A stretch of 64,000 bases of DNA, from contig OY970280.1 of NCBI GenBank assembly GCA_963715865.1, positions 1,536,001 through 1,600,000 on the forward strand, given 5' to 3'. The notes under the pieces were generated by a model. That model saw only the letters and a list, made by a program, of their open reading frames with translations, searched no databases and was not told the origin of the DNA. This stretch comes from Candidatus Bathyarchaeota archaeon (GTDB taxonomy: Archaea; Thermoproteota; Bathyarchaeia; Bathyarchaeales; Bathycorpusculaceae). This document shows, one piece after another, positions 1 to 8,412 of this stretch. Both the position numbers and the translations under genes were made by a program. The first letter of the stretch is position 1; each line of letters starts with the position of its first letter.

Positions 1-1908
1 TAGCTGGTCTTTCTCAGCTTTCTTCTCCGTTGCCACTTTCATTGCCTCAGCTTTCTTGGCATGCTCCAGCACTTTGGGCAGGTTTTCACCAAAAATCGGC
101 GGCAAAACTTCGCTTTCACCACTCAAATTGGCTATTGGCGCCAAGGAGCTTTTAAGATACTTCATCGACGCCAGGATTTCAGCGCCATACTGCTTCTTCC
201 AATTATTCAATGAACTGTACAATGCTTCTATAGCAATCCATGGTGCCTCTTTTTCCCCTAGCTTTTGCATCGTGAACTCTATCGCTCGGCTTTTCTCTGG
301 AAGAGTCGGATCATACAAAGGCCTAATAATCCCGTAAATTGGCTCAGCAACAGTAACAACATCCTTGGCAAGAACCCTTCCTCCGTCTAAGACTTGTTTG
401 ATAGCTTCTATTCTTGCTTCAAGAGGCATTTCTTTTTGGAAACCAGCGTTCACTGTGGATTTGATGTCTAAGCCGCTGTCTTTGAGTTTTCCTACCCAGT
501 TAGAAAATTCGCAATTAGCAAAAATCTGGTACTCTGACAGTATAATGTTGAGTTCTGATTCTAAACCGTCGATGTCTTTGCTTAACTTTTCTAACTCCTC
601 AAATTTCTGGTTCAATTCTGACAGTTCATAAAGCCGCATCTCAAACTTTCTCAGCAGGTCTTCAAGCGAGTCTTTGATAACTAACATTTTACCTTCAGGA
701 GAACTCACAACCACAGGAATATTCTCCTTAACATTATTCAGTTGGCCCTCAAAAACCTGCAACCGACCCATAAGCGCTTGAGCTTTCTCAGTAATCTCTG
801 AAGTTGTCGCCGTTTGTTTAGGAGTATAATCAATGAAGGCTGCAGGAAGCGTAAATAAAAGCGTAGCCAAAGTACCAAACACCATCGTTGCTGGGCTAAC
901 ATTTGCGGTAAAAGCTAATCCATATTGAAGAGCCCCAAGCATGATAAAGAAGAACGCTGCGGCACAAGTAGCCATGAAAGATGGAATAATCCTATCGGCA
1001 AACGACTTGCTACCTTCTGGCACCAACAGCCTTGCTAGGAAAACAAGCGCCAGAGAAAGCCCTGCCACAATGACGATAAACATCAGCATGCCAGGAACAG
1101 AATCACGATACTGTGTTAACGCATCCGAAAGGGTGCGCCCAGCGAAATTAGGTTGCCATGTAAGCTGGCCAGTAATTGCATAAACAGCTTGGGACGCGTC
1201 ATACAATCGAAACTGACTCATAGAAGAACCAAGGTCTGCCAAAATCTGGTTCAAAGGCACAAAAACAGGCGGACTTGAACCAGGTGCAAGCCACCAGTCA
1301 GGCCTAGCAATTTTTGCAACTGTATAATTGAAGTACTGAACGATCTGAAGGGGGACCGTAATTAAAACGTAATACACGATGGTTAAGGCAACTTGTTTTT
1401 TAAAGAATACCGCTGAAGCCAAAATCAATGGAATAGCCAAGAAATAGGTTGAAGTAGAGAAGAGACTTGTGACGGCTAACAGGCCTAAATCAATGGCAAG
1501 AGCGCTCTTGTAGCGGTGAAAAACTATGGGTAAAACGATAAACAAAGTCATCCAGACAACAAGTATTGCTATGCGAACCTGTATTTCCCCGAGGAAGGAA
1601 ATAAAGTACAATTCGGCCAAATGATACATCAAGCCTAACCCAATAACAGCGCCACCAATAGGCATCCCAAACCTCGGATCCTTAAAAGTTACAAACGCCA
1701 CTAGAACCGCAAGTAAAATTGGCACGGGTTGAGGAAATAGCGGCAAAAAAGACATCCCTAATGCCATAGCGGCAAGCGTTACAAAAAAAGTGATGATCTT
1801 AAGCGGCGCTGGCTCAGAAATACGCTGTTGCTCTTGTTTTTCCTTGCTTTTCTGCTTCCTTTCCTTATACCATGAGCGTACACCAGAAAAATTAATTGCC
1901 TTCTTCAA
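1..1908 (-). CDS. Polytopic membrane protein (about 10 TM helices) with a long soluble helical/coiled-coil C-terminal region; 3' end runs off the window
   Basis: Not in the ORF track because it has no stop in the window. Manual translation from TTG at 1908 (after an in-frame TAG at 1920) gives MKKAINFSGVRSWYKERKQKSKEKQEQQRISEPAPLKIITFFVTLAAMALGMSFLPLFPQPVPILLAVLVAF..., then many hydrophobic segments, then an E/K/L-rich region; the frame is still open at base 1. Confidence 0.8.
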   Translation of the reverse strand, partial: MKKAINFSGVRSWYKERKQKSKEKQEQQRISEPAPLKIITFFVTLAAMALGMSFLPLFPQPVPILLAVLVAFVTFKDPRFGMPIGGAVIGLGLMYHLAELYFISFLGEIQVRIAILVVWMTLFIVLPIVFHRYKSALAIDLGLLAVTSLFSTSTYFLAIPLILASAVFFKKQVALTIVYYVLITVPLQIVQYFNYTVAKIARPDWWLAPGSSPPVFVPLNQILADLGSSMSQFRLYDASQAVYAITGQLTWQPNFAGRTLSDALTQYRDSVPGMLMFIVIVAGLSLALVFLARLLVPEGSKSFADRIIPSFMATCAAAFFFIMLGALQYGLAFTANVSPATMVFGTLATLLFTLPAAFIDYTPKQTATTSEITEKAQALMGRLQVFEGQLNNVKENIPVVVSSPEGKMLVIKDSLEDLLRKFEMRLYELSELNQKFEELEKLSKDIDGLESELNIILSEYQIFANCEFSNWVGKLKDSGLDIKSTVNAGFQKEMPLEARIEAIKQVLDGGRVLAKDVVTVAEPIYGIIRPLYDPTLPEKSRAIEFTMQKLGEKEAPWIAIEALYSSLNNWKKQYGAEILASMKYLKSSLAPIANLSGESEVLPPIFGENLPKVLEHAKKAEAMKVATEKKAEKDQL

Positions 1909-1969
1909 ACGACTTACCTAAAACCTTATTTTGGGTAGAGTCTTCTTAAATGTTACGTAGGTACCTCGG

Positions 1970-3127
1970 ATGAAAGATGGCAAAAGCTCTTTTAACATTC
2001 TGGAAAGCATTAAGAATCACATAGAAACGTTAAAACCATTACTGCCAAAGCAAGCCATAGTTTGCATTGGCGAATACCCCATCAAGATATTTTTAAAAGA
2101 ACCATACGTTAACAAAGTAAACGAAACGTTGCCGATTCTCATTGGAAAATCAAGCGATGATATTTTTAAATGGATACCAAAAGGTTATGACCCATACTTT
2201 ATTTTAGGTTTTGAAGACGCAGACATTGACACTCATTTCTGGTATAACGTGTTACCATTTATTTCAAAGGATGAAACTTTAATCGGAGGCTTAAAGAAAA
2301 AACCCATCGAAAAACTGCACAGCGCCATAATAGTCGCATCAATATGGGATGGAATTGGCAGCGCTTCATTACCAACCTTAATATCGAAATTCAAAGCCTC
2401 AAACATACATTCACTATCCATAGCCATATTGCCCTCAAAAATACAGCCCACAGATGCATACTTCAACACGATTGCATCATTAGGAATGTGTGCGTCCACC
2501 GATGCTACAACAGTTCTGCTCATAGACAGAGACCACCTTGAAAACTATGAAGGCGTCGATAGAAATGGCTCCCTAATAAAAGGCAACATAATCGCAAATT
2601 ACTTAGTGAACCTATTGTTAGCTAAAGAAACGCTTGTTCAAGAAATCTCCGAGCTATCCAGAACATTCAACGTCAAAATGTACACTGTTCTATTAGCCAC
2701 AGGAGCAAGCATCAAAATTTACGGTTCCCTAGAAAACATGCTAAACGCAACATTGCTCAAGCCCCTTTTAGATTTTGATTTATCAAGCGCTTCATTACTC
2801 TATGTTCTTCTACGCATGCCCATAAGCCTAAAGGATAAGCTTCCAAGAGGAAAAATCGAGTTAGCCATAGCAGGCTGGTTTAAGGAAAAAGCTAACCTTA
2901 AATCCATCTACATAACCGAACCCAGCTACGTCGAAGACACAAGTGACCGAATAGACCTAGCCTTATTTGTTGGCGGCTTTGACACTACCAAAATGTTCAA
3001 TGACTTCGATAAGAAAGTTAAAAGTTTGAAAAGTCGCGCAGTTGAAAAAGGTTTCATAAAAGAGGAAGATTGGCAAATCATTATGAAAAATTTGGAAGGA
3101 CAGAAGGAGCAGCAAACTCCTTCCTAA
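1970..3127 (+). CDS. Divergent tubulin/FtsZ-superfamily protein with degenerate GTP-binding motifs
   Basis: Order of elements matches the tubulin/FtsZ fold: AIVCIGEYP (GxG loop position), IIVASIWDGIGSA (GGGTGSG position), SIAILPS, AYFNTIASL, VLLIDRD, and a C-terminal DRIDLALFVGGF strand. Confidence 0.65.
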   Translation: MKDGKSSFNILESIKNHIETLKPLLPKQAIVCIGEYPIKIFLKEPYVNKVNETLPILIGKSSDDIFKWIPKGYDPYFILGFEDADIDTHFWYNVLPFISKDETLIGGLKKKPIEKLHSAIIVASIWDGIGSASLPTLISKFKASNIHSLSIAILPSKIQPTDAYFNTIASLGMCASTDATTVLLIDRDHLENYEGVDRNGSLIKGNIIANYLVNLLLAKETLVQEISELSRTFNVKMYTVLLATGASIKIYGSLENMLNATLLKPLLDFDLSSASLLYVLLRMPISLKDKLPRGKIELAIAGWFKEKANLKSIYITEPSYVEDTSDRIDLALFVGGFDTTKMFNDFDKKVKSLKSRAVEKGFIKEEDWQIIMKNLEGQKEQQTPS

Positions 3128-3129
3128 GT

Positions 3130-5790
3130 TTACTTTTTGTTTTGATTGCTGTTGCTGTTGTTGTGATTGCTGTTGTGATTTATCTCTTTAATGATTTGTA
3201 CAGCGGACACTCCGTGCTCAATTAGGTAAGATCTGGATAGGTGTCTTTCGAAATCACTAGATTTGCTGTAAAGTAGTTGCATTTCGTCGTAGGCTTCCAT
3301 GTCTTCAGGTCTTCCTCTACCGCCTACAACCAGTAATCTTGTTGTCCATGGGTCACGAGAGTCAATTACACGAACGGTAATTGTTCTTGACACTTCGCTG
3401 GTAACGTAGCCTGCTAATGCAGTGTAGACTTCTTGAGACAATTCTTCTGTCCACAGGTTTGGAGGTGCTTGCACAGTAACCCAAAGGTAATCTGTCCTGT
3501 AAACTGGTTTATAGCCCATAATGCTTGGCGTTTTGAAAATCCTAATTACACTTTTCATGTAATCCTTAAAGTGGTCCATGTCAAGTATATCTTTGAATAT
3601 TACGTCTCTTGTAAGACTCTCTTCCTGTTCAGTGAGTATCTTGAAGATTATCTTAAGTTGTTCGCTTTCAGTGAGGTCAGCTGACTTCACAAAGTATTTC
3701 TTAGGCGCGACAATGTCAGCAATCTTTTCTCTATATTCCCTGTGTAAATCTACGATCTTATTCAGTCTCTTCCGGTAATCAGACGTAAGTTCAAGTCTCT
3801 TTGTTAATTTTTCGTAAAGTTTAATTGCACTGTCAACTTTGCCCAGGTTCTCAAGCGCATAAGATTCTTCTTCCCCTATCCTCCTCAGGTCACGCTCAAG
3901 ATTCAAAAGCTGTTCTCTAGCATACCGTTTTGTGCTGAAAACTTTTCTTAGCTGCATTTCCATTTTTGACTTATCAAATTCTTTTCGTTTCTTTGTCTCT
4001 TGCACTCTCATGACTTCGTTGTCGAAATTGCCCCTTTTCTGCATTCGTTTTGCCAAGATTTCGTTAATGTAGGTTAAATGTTCATCAATCATTCTTGCCT
4101 CGTCGAATGGCGTTCTAAGTATCATCTGAACTACAAGGTAGATTGTTGCCAGTTCTGATTGAATGTCTTTTAAGTCTTCTAGTTCGCGTATGGATTCTGG
4201 AAGCACTTCATAGTACCTTATTAAAGCGTCAGTTAGGTATCTGGTTTCGTCATAGAATTTCAGGATGTTGAGGGATTTTTCAGCGAGCTCTGAAAGATTT
4301 ACTAAATCCTCCAAAATCTTCTTTTGCCTTAAGGTAAAGGCTTGTGAGCTAGGAATCAATTGCTTGAGCCGATCTAAGATAACTGCCTTTCTCTCAGAGA
4401 ATTCTAAATGTGTTTTTGTTAGGTTGGTAAGTAAGGCTTCTATATTATCTACTTTCCTTGAGCCATCTTTGCGCAATGTTAGGTTTATTATGGCGTCTTC
4501 GATTGGCCCTGTTTTTCCCATTAACTTTATGGTTGACAGGAACTTCATGATTTCGCTTAACCAGTTTTTAACCTGTATTTCGATGCCTTTAACATGTAAT
4601 TCTAAGTCATCTTCAAGTCGTGGATTGCTGTTAATGGTTGTCTTAAGTTTTTCCTCGAACTGTTCTTCGTTGAAAGTACCTGTTTTTATAAGGTAATTCT
4701 TGAAAAGGTCCCTTGTTATTTCATAATCCACTTTTATGATGTTGTTGATTTCATCGAGGATGTCTAGTTTTTCTTTTCTCAGTTCCTGTAGAAGTTGAAT
4801 TCCTTCAAAATTCAACTTATAAGCTGAGATGTATTCTTCAACAGGATAGACTACCTTGACCATACCCAATGTGTGCGATGAATTGTTGGTGAGTCCGACT
4901 TCTGTGCCGATTCCTCCTAGAAGGTCTGCCAAGTCAAAGTCCATTAAGGTGTAAAGCATGTCCACAACCATGTCGTCCATTTCTTTTCGGGCATTAACAA
5001 TGTTGCCTACTTTTGAGAAAGCAGGTAATAGCGGCAAGTAGATTAGAGCATTCAAAGGATTTCTATAGTAGTCACCGTAGGATTTTATGACAAATTCATT
5101 GTAATCCTTATTCAACAACAGCGAAAGTTCATTCATCGACACAAATGCGGAGCATCCTTTTGCTGGAGGGTCATCTCCGCCACAAGGAGTTATTACGAAA
5201 GCTATTATTGGTACGCCAGAACCTAACACTTTTCGTAAATGTCTAGCGAAATCAAAGAATATACCGCTTCCAGTGCCACCGCCTAATCCATAAACCAAAA
5301 CCACTGTCGGCGTAATTATTGATGAAAGGGCTTGCTCTTTGAATGAGTTTATGCAGTTTTTGATTATTCCAAGTTGGTAATAGTTTAAGGCGTAGATTGC
5401 TTTTGCTAAGGCTCTTCTTCTGCCTGCGCCGCCAGCCATCGGCGGAATAGCCATTGTCGATTGTAGCCAAGGAATAAAGTTTTCAAGTTTTGCCCCTTCG
5501 CCTACGAGGTATTCGTTGTATTTTTGGTTGATGAAGTCGAACATTGCCTCGGCAGTTGGGAATTTTACTGATTGGGCGATTAGGCGCATTCTTTCGCTTG
5601 GGATACCTGCTTTTATCATCGATTTCTGTATTTGTTCATGGGTTTCCTGTAAACTTCTGATTTCAGGGTCAGCGATATCGATAGCTAAAAGAGAAAGCCT
5701 TGTAAGGTCATTCTGCATCAGCTCCTTAGTTTTTTTGTTTGATAAAAAAGCTTCTACAATGTTAGTTCCAGCTGAACCCAGCCCTATCAC
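3130..5790 (-). CDS. Large tubulin/FtsZ-like GTPase (FtsZl1/Tubulin_2-like) with a long internal helical/coiled-coil insertion; true start probably upstream (frame open to 5823)
   Basis: IGLGSAGTN, GGAGRRR, YGLGGGTGSG (tubulin signature) and DFDLADL (T7-like loop), followed by roughly 430 aa of E/K/L/R-rich helical sequence and a C-terminal alpha/beta segment (YLWVTVQAP...TRLLVVGG). Confidence 0.85.
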   Translation of the reverse strand: MIGLGSAGTNIVEAFLSNKKTKELMQNDLTRLSLLAIDIADPEIRSLQETHEQIQKSMIKAGIPSERMRLIAQSVKFPTAEAMFDFINQKYNEYLVGEGAKLENFIPWLQSTMAIPPMAGGAGRRRALAKAIYALNYYQLGIIKNCINSFKEQALSSIITPTVVLVYGLGGGTGSGIFFDFARHLRKVLGSGVPIIAFVITPCGGDDPPAKGCSAFVSMNELSLLLNKDYNEFVIKSYGDYYRNPLNALIYLPLLPAFSKVGNIVNARKEMDDMVVDMLYTLMDFDLADLLGGIGTEVGLTNNSSHTLGMVKVVYPVEEYISAYKLNFEGIQLLQELRKEKLDILDEINNIIKVDYEITRDLFKNYLIKTGTFNEEQFEEKLKTTINSNPRLEDDLELHVKGIEIQVKNWLSEIMKFLSTIKLMGKTGPIEDAIINLTLRKDGSRKVDNIEALLTNLTKTHLEFSERKAVILDRLKQLIPSSQAFTLRQKKILEDLVNLSELAEKSLNILKFYDETRYLTDALIRYYEVLPESIRELEDLKDIQSELATIYLVVQMILRTPFDEARMIDEHLTYINEILAKRMQKRGNFDNEVMRVQETKKRKEFDKSKMEMQLRKVFSTKRYAREQLLNLERDLRRIGEEESYALENLGKVDSAIKLYEKLTKRLELTSDYRKRLNKIVDLHREYREKIADIVAPKKYFVKSADLTESEQLKIIFKILTEQEESLTRDVIFKDILDMDHFKDYMKSVIRIFKTPSIMGYKPVYRTDYLWVTVQAPPNLWTEELSQEVYTALAGYVTSEVSRTITVRVIDSRDPWTTRLLVVGGRGRPEDMEAYDEMQLLYSKSSDFERHLSRSYLIEHGVSAVQIIKEINHNSNHNNSNSNQNKK

Positions 5791-5823
5791 TTGTACACTG
5801 TTTTGATAGAATCTCGTAGGTTG

Positions 5824-6786
5824 TCACATCCCAACTAGTCTTTTCAATCTGTCCTTAACTGACTCCAAACTTGACGACATTGTTCTGTCGATTTTTGAAG
5901 CTCGCAACGTTAAGCCTTCCAAGTCCTTGATTTGGTCTTCAACGACAAGTTGGAAGTAGCTTACTTTCCCTCTCACCCTCAGGAACATGACTACGAATAC
6001 AACTGCTACAACGGCTAAGACACCGATTATCGGGATGAAGAGCGATTGCATTGTTGAAGACGCAGGCTCGTTGGAAACGTTGAGACCATTAAGCATAGCT
6101 ATAGCATCGGTGACATCCCCAGCGTTAGCTACAACCTTTGATTGGTTGAGAACATTAGTGTAGATGTCAATGTATCCTTGGACAACTCCCGATGACTCAA
6201 GGGATTTCAGGTGGGTCTCCTTCTGGCTATAAAGTGTCAGGAACTGACTCATCGCCGCAGTGGTTGATGACACGGTAATTTGGTCAAGAGGCACCCCGCC
6301 CGATGGACCATACAAGGTCACGACATTAACTGGCGCCTGTGCTTCTGTAGCAGAGGGAGTTGGAACTACGCCAATGACAGTCATAGTAAAGGTTCCTTGA
6401 ACCCAATTGAAGGATGCTGTTTTTGCGCCTGCTGAGAAATCTGAGCCTAGCGTATAATTGCTTGAAGTGTCTAGTGACCAGTATTGACCTTGAAGCAGTT
6501 GTCCCAAGCTGGTTGAAAGCTTAAGGTCGCCAGAGCCAGCAGCGATAACGTTGACTGTGAATGTCACCTTAATGTCTGCTCCAGGCAGTATCGTCGCTAA
6601 TGTTTGATTCACGCCTGTGGCTGAATTGTATTCAGCATAATGCTGGTTGGAATTATAATCGTAAATATCGTAGCTTGTAATCCATTGGCCTTCGCCAACG
6701 GCTTTAACAGATGATGTTAAAACGGAAGTTACACAGACAATTGTTAACATTAGAAGGAGACTTAAAGCTAGAATTTTCTTGTTCAA
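5824..6786 (-). CDS. Single-pass membrane protein: signal peptide, extracellular beta-rich S/T/G domain, TM helix, short cytoplasmic helical tail
   Basis: Probable TTG start at 6786 (MNKKILALSLLLMLTIVCVTSVLTSSVKA) behind GAGGGA; TM segment LFIPIIGVLAVVAVVFVVMFL near the C-terminus. Confidence 0.8.
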   Translation of the reverse strand: MNKKILALSLLLMLTIVCVTSVLTSSVKAVGEGQWITSYDIYDYNSNQHYAEYNSATGVNQTLATILPGADIKVTFTVNVIAAGSGDLKLSTSLGQLLQGQYWSLDTSSNYTLGSDFSAGAKTASFNWVQGTFTMTVIGVVPTPSATEAQAPVNVVTLYGPSGGVPLDQITVSSTTAAMSQFLTLYSQKETHLKSLESSGVVQGYIDIYTNVLNQSKVVANAGDVTDAIAMLNGLNVSNEPASSTMQSLFIPIIGVLAVVAVVFVVMFLRVRGKVSYFQLVVEDQIKDLEGLTLRASKIDRTMSSSLESVKDRLKRLVGM

Positions 6787-6984
6787 TTTTGTTCCCTCAT
6801 AATTTTTTATTGCATGATACATATAACTCTTGCGCTAAACCGCTCGAAAAAAAATTTCTCTGAATTTTAGCCCTTACTTAGCTAAATTAATCATGCGCTA
6901 AGCCCACGAAGCCTAAAATTAGTCACTTCTATGACAAAGAATAAGAGATTTCACGTATAACACTTGCAACACGAGTGGTTAAAG

Positions 6985-7914
6985 ATGGAGATCATAAACG
7001 TTCGCTTACCCGACAAAATTCTCTCAGACATAGACAAACTAGCCCAAAAACACAGTCTCAGCCGATCAGAGGTTATGCGTCAAGCGTTAACAGTCTATTT
7101 GCACCTTGTAGAGAACGTTGGCACAATGCTGCGTCCTATAGTTTTCCAAGTGAAGCCTGCCCAAATAACTTACACGCGAAGAGGCGATGTTTCAATCCTG
7201 AAAGTTCCCACAGGACACGCTATCGTGGTAGGGTCAACCTCGTCAGGAGCGGTTGGTCCAAAAATAATGGATAAAGTCAAAGTTGAGGGGCGAGTGCTGG
7301 GAAAGTTTCTGGCAAGGGTTGCCTTAATGGACGTGATAGCGACAGGCGCGTTTCCTCTTCTTTTATCCGTTACGTTAGGCGTGGAGAAGGAGCCTACAGG
7401 CAACGAGATACTAGAGGGCATTCGACGTGAAACCAGAAGCCTCGGTCTTGACCCAAACCAAGTGCTGATGGAAAATACGGAGGATAATTTTGAAACCGTG
7501 CAAACTGGCGCTGGGTTAACTGTAGTTGGTTTTGCAAACGAGGACGAGCTGAGACTTGGAAAAACAAGCCCTGGCGACTTAATAGTTGCCGTTGGCAAGC
7601 CTAAGGTTGGTGATGAAGTGATTTTGGCTGAAGCGAAGGGTGAAATTGCTGATCTCAAAAATGTAACTCAACTTTCCCAGAAAAAATATGTTCATGACAT
7701 TGCGCCTGTCGGCACGTTTGGCATTGCGGATGAGGCTAGAATGATGGCGTTTGGCGTTGGTAGGCAATTGAAACTTGTCGAGGTGCAGGGATTGGATTTG
7801 AACAAGTCTGCTGGTCCAGCCACGGTTGTTCTTGCCACTGTGGATAGAGAGAGACTTGAAGATTTAATGTCGTTAATTAGTAAACCTATCAATGTGGTAG
7901 GAGAAATATTATAG
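6985..7914 (+). CDS. Ribbon-helix-helix (CopG-type) domain fused to a PurM/AIR-synthase-fold domain resembling alpha-ribazole kinase CblS
   Basis: N-terminal INVRLPDKILSDIDKLAQKHSLSRSEVMRQAL; then SSGAVGPKIMDKVKV, FLARVALMDVIATGA and NTEDNFETVQTGAGLTVVG, which parallel CblS motifs. ATG at 6985. Confidence 0.7.
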   Translation: MEIINVRLPDKILSDIDKLAQKHSLSRSEVMRQALTVYLHLVENVGTMLRPIVFQVKPAQITYTRRGDVSILKVPTGHAIVVGSTSSGAVGPKIMDKVKVEGRVLGKFLARVALMDVIATGAFPLLLSVTLGVEKEPTGNEILEGIRRETRSLGLDPNQVLMENTEDNFETVQTGAGLTVVGFANEDELRLGKTSPGDLIVAVGKPKVGDEVILAEAKGEIADLKNVTQLSQKKYVHDIAPVGTFGIADEARMMAFGVGRQLKLVEVQGLDLNKSAGPATVVLATVDRERLEDLMSLISKPINVVGEIL

Positions 7915-7926
7915 AAGCAAAAGTTA

Positions 7927-8412
7927 TCACTGTTTTTGTGTGCTCTTGAGCAAGTGACCGTTTCGGTCGATTTCTCCCCTTCTAATCCGTGTTGTGGAGA
8001 TTGGAGTGCTGTTTTCTGCTGGAACCATGCTTATTGTAATAATTTTTAATGGTGGAAGCCCTGCTTCCGTGCGTATTTTGTTTATTTTGGCAGCTGTCGA
8101 TTCTGTTTCTTTACTAACAACCAAAGCGTCTAAGCCCTTGCCCGATATAGTTAAACCATAAGGGTCATTTAATGGAACGATTTCCGCTCTTTTGGCTAAG
8201 CCAGATTTTTCTAAGAAAGCTTCTAGTTCTTCAAGCCGCTCGGCGTAAGTTGCAGTTTTGTGTGGTTTACCCATTTTTGAGGCAAACTCGTCAGAGGACA
8301 AGCCGATTACAATTTTTTCGCCAATTTCAAAGGCTTTATCTATTAGGGCTTTGTGCCCTCTATGAAGCTCATCGAAGGTTCCGCCAACCGCTACTTTATT
8401 ATATTTTTTCAT
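7927..8412 (-). CDS. coaD: Phosphopantetheine adenylyltransferase, archaeal type
   Basis: GGTFDELHRGH (HxGH motif), LVVSKET, ISTTRIRRGEID; adjacent to pantoate kinase. Confidence 0.9.
   Translation of the reverse strand: MKKYNKVAVGGTFDELHRGHKALIDKAFEIGEKIVIGLSSDEFASKMGKPHKTATYAERLEELEAFLEKSGLAKRAEIVPLNDPYGLTISGKGLDALVVSKETESTAAKINKIRTEAGLPPLKIITISMVPAENSTPISTTRIRRGEIDRNGHLLKSTQKQ

Noticed and set aside
3128-3185. Short (gtt/gct/gat) microrepeat at the end of the large tubulin-like gene
   Set aside because: It only encodes a low-complexity N/S/H tail (NHNSNHNNSNSNQNKK); too short and irregular to call a repeat element.
5824-5826. TGA as selenocysteine between the membrane gene and the tubulin-like gene
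   Set aside because: No redox or catalytic context, no SECIS-like element recognised and no sel genes in the window; the other explanations are simpler.
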